Shown here piece after piece: positions 57,138-64,000 of a stretch of DNA of 64,000 nucleotides. Every line of letters begins with the position of its first letter. Position 1 is the stretch's first letter. The translations under genes were made by a program, and so were the position numbers. Source of the DNA: a virus (Duplodnaviria; Caudoviricetes); IMG/VR virus record IMGVR_UViG_3300033074_000984; one strand, given 5' to 3'. The notes below the pieces were generated by a model. It saw only the letters and a program-made list of their open reading frames with translations. It did no database searches and had not been told where the DNA came from.

Positions 57138-57969
57138 ATAGAGGCGAGAGTGCTGGGCGGCGGGTGACCGTCTGCTCTTTGGGAGGGAGCGCTCGACGTG
57201 ATCCCGCCCCGTGTACTGCGGAGAGTCCGTCGAGCGGATGATCTGGCTCTCGCCTCTACCTCAATCGAGTAAGTCATCAACGGAGATGGTTGACGAGCCG
57301 CATGAAATGCGTTAGGATACAGACAAATGAAGTCAAACGGGTCTCGAACGAGGAGGCCGCAAAACTCGTCTCGCTCGGAAGGGGCTCATACGTCTCGAAG
57401 AGTCTCTGGAGAGACGCTCGACATAAGGAAGAGCGGAGTGAAATGGCTGGGAAACCCAAAGGCGTCTAAAGAGACGCACACCTCGTGCTCAGCTCTGAGC
57501 GCAGATCATAAGACGCTGCTCTCGCTGGGCTACTCGCTCGTCCATACGAGCGAAGATGACCATCAGTGGTACACTCGACGCGTTCCGAGACGCGGACGCT
57601 TTTATAGGTTCGAGGTGACTCTGACGCCAAAGCGTCAGACGCGTCTCAGAGCTTGGGTCTTGTCGCCAGACACTAACGGGTTCGAGGCGATTGATGACCG
57701 GCTTGCTGGTCCGTCTTCGCTAGCTGCAGAGGTGAAGAGCTTCGAGCAGAGGTTCGTATGAGCGTCTCCTTCTGTAGAAGGGGCAGGCTTCGTGGCACCG
57801 TGCTTCGCTACAACGACTGGAATGATCACCTCTTTGAGATAGTCAAGATCGAGCGCTCCTGTCGTCGAAAGCGTCACGTGCCGTTGTCGTGTCACCTTCA
57901 GAGCTACCCTGTTTATGAGTCTGTGAAGGACTACTTCCTTCTAGGACACCTCAAGAAGTTCAAGAAGAA

Positions 57970-58242
57970 GTGAACGACGATCAAGACGAGATCGCCAAGT
58001 GGTTGGCGTCTGAGAAGCACCTTCCAGGCTTCATGCGAGACTTTCACGCGCAGAAGGCTCTGTTCAAAGCGGTTCACCGGAGCGTAGACGTTCAGGGGGG
58101 TGAGTACACAAAAGGCATTGACTGGGTAGCTGGTCAGTGCTACACCATCGACGTGTTTTTACGATGGATGGCGAAGCACGGGTACACGCTGTCTCGTTCA
58201 AGGAAACGCCTGAAGTTTGACTACGCTGACGAGTACGTCTAG
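57970..58242 (+). CDS. Conserved hypothetical phage protein
   Basis: LP.FMRDFH.QK.LFK, YTIDVFL.WMA.HGYTL. Confidence 0.7.
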   Translation: MNDDQDEIAKWLASEKHLPGFMRDFHAQKALFKAVHRSVDVQGGEYTKGIDWVAGQCYTIDVFLRWMAKHGYTLSRSRKRLKFDYADEYV

Positions 58243-58257
58243 ATACAAGAGCTCATC

Positions 58258-58626
58258 ATGAAAGCCATTGCTCAGTATGACAGGTTCGCTCATCCTCCAC
58301 TCATGAAGCTCTACATTCACGGGGCTCCTCACAGACGACATCACCGTGAAGTGCTTCAGCGATACAGAGACGACCTCACGCAGAGCGTTTCGAGGCAGTT
58401 GTCTCGAGAGGTCGAGCTTCCGATAGATCATCCGATCGACCTAGAGGTGGTGTTTGTCAACCCGTCATCTCCAGACCTTGACCACTTAATCGAGGCGCTG
58501 TACATGGCTCTTGATGGAAAGACGCTTAAGGGTCCGTCTGTGCTCACTGACGACAGGATAATTCAGTCGGTTAAGATGAGCAAGTACTACGCAACAGAGA
58601 AGACGAAGAGGGACGGCGTACGATGA
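58258..58626 (+). CDS. RusA-like resolvase fold protein
   Basis: PDLDHL..AL..AL, DDRII. Confidence 0.6.
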   Translation: MKAIAQYDRFAHPPLMKLYIHGAPHRRHHREVLQRYRDDLTQSVSRQLSREVELPIDHPIDLEVVFVNPSSPDLDHLIEALYMALDGKTLKGPSVLTDDRIIQSVKMSKYYATEKTKRDGVR

Positions 58627-59042
58627 TTGGTGGCGTGGTTAGGTCAGTGTTGGTTGAGGCCTTTATCGAGGCTGGTAACCTGATTAAGCTCAACGCGCGT
58701 GAGCTACGCTTCGTCGGTAAAAAGACGACTGCAGTCGATACGACTCCTTGGTGGAAGTTCTGGGCGTTAAGCGAGATCGAGTACGTCACTGAACAAGTCA
58801 TCGTCGCGGCGACGAAGGACTTCTCAGTCTCTGTAGAAGAGCGAGACGACGGATCGGCGGTCTCCGTCACGGTTGAAGACGTCGATGTCACGGCTGAGGC
58901 TGACGTCATCACTGATCTCGTTCTTGTAGACGAGAACGGAGACGAGCTCGTCTCATTTTCGCTCTGTGAGTCTTACGTGCCGCCGGCGCCTGGCAACTCT
59001 TTTGGGATGGGTGAGCCGCTCACGTGCAGCTTTCTAGTTTAA

Positions 59043-59123
59043 GGCCCCGTAACCCCCTCCGCTTCGAACGGAGAGTAAGGTAACTGGATGAGAATGCGGG
59101 TTCGACTCCCGCCGGGGTCTCCA
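59043..59123 (+). tRNA. Rearranged tRNA-Arg(TCG)-like gene
   Basis: GGCCCCG/CGGGGTC-T-CCA, CTCCG-CTTCGAA-CGGAG, T arm; D-loop-like sequence lies 3' of the anticodon arm. Confidence 0.65.
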
Positions 59124-59773
59124 ATCATGGAGGGTTTAGTTGTCTCGTTACAACGTCACTGACGTTCTTGATATCCAGATGTGTCCAGACACGAATGACG
59201 CTGGAGCCTCATCCATTCGGGGTTATCTCAAGGCGCTCCTTGAGCGTCTTCTTATCAAGGGAAACGAGTTTTCTGGAAAGCGCCCCTTCGGTAACAGCGG
59301 CTGGGAGTATGACCTCTATGCGCCAATGGTCGCTACGGGGTTCGTTACTGGCAAGCTCGACGGGAACGGTGACGTGGAAGACGTAGATGAAGCATTCGCG
59401 CTCAAGCTCTTACTCGGCGCTGTAAGGTCTCTATGAATTGAAGGGTCCGAGGGAGCTCAAGAGGTGCGTCGCTAAGAGGCGTGATCACCTCAAGGCGATC
59501 AGTTACGACTCCCTGCTGATCTTCAAGCTCGAACGTTGTAAGAAGTGGCGAAAGCAGCATCGCCGTCCTCGAGACGGCTACTTAAGGAGGCGGGATGAGC
59601 GCTATCGAGATGTCGATGAGCTTCTTTAATGACGGTGTGGGTGAGCTGACAATCAGGGACGTGAAGACGGGGGTGGAGGCCTCGATCGAGACCTCTCAAG
59701 AGTTCTCTGAAGACCAGATACTCTTTCTTCTTGACGCCTTCCCGTGCTGCAGCTATGCCAAGTACGAACTAGT

Positions 59774-59862
59774 GGAGGGTTAACCGGACAGGTGCGCCGG
59801 CACCGCCTTGAAAGCGGCAGGGAGCCCAGAGCTCTGGGGATCGAGACCTCAGCCCTCCTCCA
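59774..59862 (+). tRNA. tRNA-Ser(TGA)
   Basis: Long variable arm, CCA. Confidence 0.85.
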
Positions 59863-59889
59863 ACTTGAGAGAAGCATAAATAAGTCACC

Positions 59890-60960
59890 ATGAGAAACTT
59901 TGCCCTACACATCGCAGAGTCAACAACGCGCGACAAGATCGCTGCAGGTCGCGCCCATATCGAGAAGGCTGCAAACACCAGCTTCTCTGCTCGGATTCAG
60001 TCGAGCGGAGTGCGCGGCCCTCGTCACTTCAAGAAGTACATTCAGCCCTTCCTAAAGGGCGGCGAGCACGCTGCTAAAAAGGACACTCACGTCATGGCCA
60101 CCAACGTCGGCCCGCTACGTGCGGGCACGAAGGTGACCATCCATAAGGGCTACGAGCGAGACGGCTCTCACTACGTCGATGTGTCCCAGGGCAAGCATCG
60201 AGCGACGGTCAAGACGTCGTCCCTGTTCAAGCCGCAGGGCATGGTGAGACGACTGGGCGACGCGGGCTTCGGCGCAGAGAGCGCGATTGTTAAACACCTT
60301 CAGAAACACGGTCTCATGGACAAGGCAGACTCTGGCGCCGGCTCAACCGGCGGCAACGACTTCTATGTTCGGCACGCTTCGGGTCAGAAGTATCACGGAA
60401 AGCATCACGAGACGCTACAGGGCGAGTCGAAGATCAACTTGAAGGCTAAGTTCGGCGCCGCTGCTCTGGCGCATGACCCAAAGAAGGGTGGATGGCACGT
60501 AACAGACAAGGCTCGAGCTGACAAGCCCAGGTTTACGAAGTCTGTAGAGAGCGCCACCGTCGGTAGCGTTCCGCTGCTCAAGCACCTAAACAAGGTCTGG
60601 GGTGACCCTCGCAAGGGCGGGAAGCTCAGCAACGTCACCACAGACGTCACCGATCTCAAGCCGTTGCACGCCTACAATCACGATCACAACGTGGACCTGA
60701 TGCATGTCGGCACCCATGGAACGTTTAGGGTCGGTCGATCAGCCGCTAGAGACAGAGCTAACCTCGGACTGCCACTCCCACGTGGCACTGGGCGCTTCTC
60801 TGTCGGTCCAGAGCGCTCGGGGGGCGACGTAGCTGCGGCGTTCAGAGTTCACAACAAGGACGACGCTGCAAAGGGCACCAAGTCCTTTGCCAAGTCGCAC
60901 ATTGACATCACCAAAGACGAGCACATAAAGGACATCAAACGTAGGCTCGGCTACAAGTAA
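59890..60960 (+). CDS. Basic late protein, probable internal head protein with nuclease-like motif
   Basis: Late promoter 59875; N-terminus MRNFALHIAE; G..AE..GNDF..GESK. Confidence 0.65.
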   Translation: MRNFALHIAESTTRDKIAAGRAHIEKAANTSFSARIQSSGVRGPRHFKKYIQPFLKGGEHAAKKDTHVMATNVGPLRAGTKVTIHKGYERDGSHYVDVSQGKHRATVKTSSLFKPQGMVRRLGDAGFGAESAIVKHLQKHGLMDKADSGAGSTGGNDFYVRHASGQKYHGKHHETLQGESKINLKAKFGAAALAHDPKKGGWHVTDKARADKPRFTKSVESATVGSVPLLKHLNKVWGDPRKGGKLSNVTTDVTDLKPLHAYNHDHNVDLMHVGTHGTFRVGRSAARDRANLGLPLPRGTGRFSVGPERSGGDVAAAFRVHNKDDAAKGTKSFAKSHIDITKDEHIKDIKRRLGYK

Positions 60961-61098
60961 GGAGCGGGCGATCTAGATAAATGGAATGGGTTTCAATTGA
61001 AGAGTATATGACTCGCTCTTATGAAGCACGAACGTCTCATCTGAAATTAGACGACGCGTGTGCAGAAGTAGAGAAAGCTGTGAAATTATCTCATACGA

Positions 61099-61188
61099 GG
61101 AAACGTGGCCGAGCGGCTGAAGGCGCTTGCTTGGAAAGCAGGTAAACTCTAACGAGTTTCGTGAGTTCGAATCTCACCGTTTCCGCCA
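61099..61188 (+). tRNA. tRNA-Ser(GGA)
   Basis: Canonical class II, GCCA. Confidence 0.92.
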
Positions 61189-61316
61189 ACTTAAGGAAGA
61201 GTCATGGACCCGTTGCAGGTTCTTGGTTTGCTCTTACTCGTTAGTGAAGCTTGACTAAAGAGTAAACACGCCATTGACTCCGTGTCTCTTCTAGTGTAGA
61301 ATGATCTCGCAATAAC

Positions 61317-61496
61317 GGAGGGTTAACCGAGCAGGCGTTCGGGGTCGCCTCGAAAGATAATGAAGGAAATTATGATCCTTCAAATTGTAAATGGTCAACA
61401 ATAAAAGAACAAAATAGAAATCAGGTTCGTGGCAAAAACGGTAAGTTTTTGGCCAAATACGTCGATCACGGAGGTACTGACGACGAAGTCAGATGA
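61317..61496 (+). pseudogene. 5' half of tRNA-Ser(CGA) fused to an HNH endonuclease C-terminal remnant
   Basis: tRNA stops after CT-CGA-AA; 61356 onward reads DNEGNYDPSNCKWSTIKEQNRN. Confidence 0.7.
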
Positions 61497-61514
61497 AAGT
61501 TCTGACCCTTTTTT

Positions 61515-61591
61515 TGCGGGGACAAGCCCTGGTGGGCTGAACGGTCTCATAAGCCGTGTATGGCTGGTTCGATTCCATGCCCCCGCTACCA
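61515..61591 (+). tRNA. tRNA-Met(CAT), 1:72 mismatch
   Basis: CT-CAT-AA, ACCA, atypical D arm. Confidence 0.72.
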
Positions 61592-61877
61592 ACACTATGG
61601 AGACCAGCTATGGGCGTGCCGTTTACACAATACCTTCGCCCGTCAGGACGCGCGACCGCTCGCTTAGCTCCGTTGCCACCTGGCTGGTCTCAAGAGGACA
61701 TCGACGCTCTCCTTCGTCGAGGGTACTACTATGAAGCAGAGGTTCTGACGACCGGTGAAGTCGCTCTGTACGTCTATGACGGCAAGGATGATCTTCTCAA
61801 GATGATTGTAGCTCCAAACGGGCCTCAAGTTCTTGGCGCAGTAGCGACTCTGTCGGAGATCGCAAGAGGACATCTCA

Positions 61878-62237
61878 ATGCTTCTGCCACTTAGCTCTGC
61901 GCTGTTGGTGCTGTTCGCTCACTGGTTCTCAGACTTCGTCATGCAGTCGCACTGGATGGCTACGAACAAGTCAAGTAACAACGTCGCTCTCGGCGCTCAC
62001 GTTGGCGTCTATTGCGTCTTCATGTACCTCATTTTACTCGCGCTGATGTCTCCGACAGTGGCTGCGGTATACGTACTCGTGAACGGCGCTGCACACGGCG
62101 TCACTGACTGGGTCACGAGTCGCGTGTCTGGCTTCTTCTACAAAAGAGAGAACTGGCACCTGTTCTTCGTGACTATCGGCTTCGATCAGCTCTTGCACGT
62201 CGCCCTGCTCCTGGCTACGCTTGGATGGCTGTCATGA
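61878..62237 (+). CDS. DUF3307-like membrane protein
   Basis: HWFSDFVMQ..MA..KS, H...D, IGFDQLLH. Confidence 0.8.
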   Translation: MLLPLSSALLVLFAHWFSDFVMQSHWMATNKSSNNVALGAHVGVYCVFMYLILLALMSPTVAAVYVLVNGAAHGVTDWVTSRVSGFFYKRENWHLFFVTIGFDQLLHVALLLATLGWLS

Positions 62238-62402
62238 GGGTGATCTTTGATTACTGCGGAAGGACACGCTCTGGTACCGATACCCAAAAGAGTATCCAGA
62301 CGTCGAGTCCGCGATGGTGGCGGCGAGCCGTCTTGCAACTCTAGTGACCATACAAGTTAGAGACGACTTCGCTATTCGCCTTACGATCCTTGAAAGGGAC
62401 AC

Positions 62403-63026
62403 ATGAGCGGTTTTCAGATAAACCTTCCAGAAACAAGCGCTGACTACGACGTTGTCGATGAGGCGGTGCGAGAGTCATCAAAGGTGCCAGGCCTCGTATG
62501 CGAGATCGGCCTCTTTCGTGGTGGCGGTGCGAAGCACTTAATTGACGGTATAGCGGACTCTGGCTCTCGTAAGACGCTGGTCACTATAGATCCGTACGGG
62601 AACATCGAGTACGTTGGGTCTGACGTTCAAGGACTCGTTCGTCTTGACTTCTGGAACTCTCGTCGAAACGACTGCATGGTGAACCTGTTCGCCTACGCTC
62701 AAGTTCGAGACGTCAACTTGCTGTTCTTCAACCTGGAAGACACTGAGTTCTTCAACCGTTTTGGCGACGGCGTGCCGATCTACGAAGACTTCAAGCGCAT
62801 TGAAGATCAGTACTCTTGCGTGCACTTCGACGGTCCACACACCACTGACGCGGTGCTGCATGAGTTCGACTTCTTCAACAAGCGAGCGTCAAAGGGTGCG
62901 TGGTTCGCCTTTGATGACGTGGACTGGGCGTATGATCACGAGAACATCGTTCATCCAGTCATTGTCGCTGCTGGCTGGGAGTCGAGGACTCGTCGCGGCC
63001 GTCACTGGAGCTACGAGAAGGTCTGA
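62403..63026 (+). CDS. Class I SAM-dependent methyltransferase (TylF/Methyltransf_24-like)
   Basis: CEIGLFRGGG, IDPY, HFDGPH, FDD. Confidence 0.8.
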   Translation: MSGFQINLPETSADYDVVDEAVRESSKVPGLVCEIGLFRGGGAKHLIDGIADSGSRKTLVTIDPYGNIEYVGSDVQGLVRLDFWNSRRNDCMVNLFAYAQVRDVNLLFFNLEDTEFFNRFGDGVPIYEDFKRIEDQYSCVHFDGPHTTDAVLHEFDFFNKRASKGAWFAFDDVDWAYDHENIVHPVIVAAGWESRTRRGRHWSYEKV

Positions 63027-63239
63027 TGGACGAGTTGCTTGTATGGAACCACGTTAACGGTTACCTGACTGGCGCGCTTCCCGCACAGAAGGTGCGAGTA
63101 ACTGCGAACGACTACGCCTATGAGGGTTGGATGACCGGCGTGGTCAGAAAGCACTCCGGCGCCATTCTCGCTGTCGTAGAAGACGACAACGGCAGGCTCT
63201 TCATTCACAACGCGAAGCAGCTCGAACTGATATAGCGCC

Positions 63240-63647
63240 ATGCGCGGCGACCCTACAGACCCGATGTACTCTCCGGCTGCTTGTGAAGAGCGTCGTCGTA
63301 GGATAAGGGTGTCGGTCGCCGCGTACGCTTACGAGATCGAGTCGGACCCCGTCATGAGTGACGCTGAGTTTGACGCGTTAGCGCAAAGGGTTGACCTCTC
63401 GATAGACACCGGCTCTCCTGTGCTCGACGAGTTCTTCAGAAACGAGTTCGACCCATACACCGGTTCATGGATATACGCACATCCAGAGCTTGAGGCTGTT
63501 GGACGCGTATGTAGACGAAGTCGAGAGAAGTTCTACGTGGACTTTGAAGCTTTGAAGCGCAAGCTGGCAAAGCGCTTGACAGAAATGAAACAATGCGCTC
63601 TTAGCTTAACGGTAGAGCCAACAATGATGGAAACGCTGTTTGACTAA
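63240..63647 (+). CDS. Protein resembling the NAD-dependent DNA ligase N-terminal (Ia) subdomain
   Basis: AYAYE..SDPVMSDAEFDAL. Confidence 0.6.
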   Translation: MRGDPTDPMYSPAACEERRRRIRVSVAAYAYEIESDPVMSDAEFDALAQRVDLSIDTGSPVLDEFFRNEFDPYTGSWIYAHPELEAVGRVCRRSREKFYVDFEALKRKLAKRLTEMKQCALSLTVEPTMMETLFD

Positions 63648-63739
63648 GGTCTGGGCGGCTCGGTGGCCTCAATAATCGTGGTAAAACGCTATCGCTTGCC
63701 CATCGACTAAAGATCAGTAGGTCCTTAAAAAGACGGAAT

Positions 63740-63815
63740 GCTAGCGTCGTCTAACGGTCAAGACCAGCACCTCATAAGTGCTCAAATGTAGGTTCGAATC
63801 CTGCCGCTAGCACCA
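63740..63815 (+). tRNA. tRNA-Met or Ile2 (CAT)
   Basis: Cloverleaf, ACCA. Confidence 0.88.
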
Positions 63816-63829
63816 ATTTAAGACTTAAC

Positions 63830-63900
63830 GCGGATGTAGGCTAGTGGTAGACTCCCTGAGCGCCACTCAGGGGCCGTGGGTTCGATTCCCACCGTCCGCA
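63830..63900 (+). tRNA. tRNA-Gly(GCC)-like
   Basis: Loop GC-GCC-AC; A73; CCA position reads CATAG. Confidence 0.75.
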
Positions 63901-63961
63901 CATAGACCTCCAGTCATGATAAATAGAAGCGATCGCTTCTCTCCTCTGACTGGAGGCTCCC

Positions 63962-64000
63962 ATTCACTACTTGATCTACGAGACCAAGTGTCTCATCAAC
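63962..64000 (+). CDS. Start of a third SegB-like GIY-YIG gene (ATT start), runs off window
   Basis: GGAGG-ctccc-ATT-CAC-TAC-TTG-ATC-TAC-GAG. Confidence 0.7.
   Translation, partial: MHYLIYETKCLIN

Noticed and set aside
42430-57260. tmRNA or RNase P RNA in the ncRNA-rich region
   Set aside because: No tag reading frame with tRNA-Ala-like ends and no RNase P P4 consensus recognised by eye
1-64000. Stop-codon reassignment suggested by the UUA and UCA loops
   Set aside because: TAA, TAG and TGA all terminate conserved genes at expected lengths
1-64000. CRISPR array
   Set aside because: No regularly spaced direct repeats; the repeated elements are tRNA motifs and the GIY-YIG cassette

Overview
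64-kb segment of a large T4-like (Tevenvirinae-type) myophage, probably infecting an alphaproteobacterium (its tRNA-His lacks G-1 and has A73). 1-12 kb: virion/packaging module (gp17 broken by a split intein and a GIY-YIG gene, gp18, gp19, gp20, gp21, gp22, gp23). 12-35 kb: thyA, gp3, uvsY, uvsW, gp55, gp47/gp46, a ~10-kb cytosine-modification locus (gp42 dCMP hydroxymethylase, two glycosyltransferases one of which has an intein, a divergent C5-methyltransferase, a sugar-methyltransferase-like and a UDG-like gene), then gp45/gp44/gp62/regA. 35-64 kb: accessory region with sigma70-type early promoters, about 25 recognisable tRNA genes, many aberrant tRNA-like RNAs, a GOLLD-like giant RNA, and homing endonucleases tied to tRNA 3' ends. 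The most striking candidates for undescribed biology are a conserved protein gene followed by a ~450-nt RNA with hexamer repeats and two circularly permuted tRNA-like domains (53644-54834), a tandem array of four CCA-ended tRNA mimics without normal anticodon loops, an ochre-anticodon tRNA-like domain locked in a long stem, a topologically rearranged tRNA-Arg, and a repeated GIY-YIG cassette sitting at tRNA CCA positions. All family assignments come from motif recognition by eye; no searches were run.
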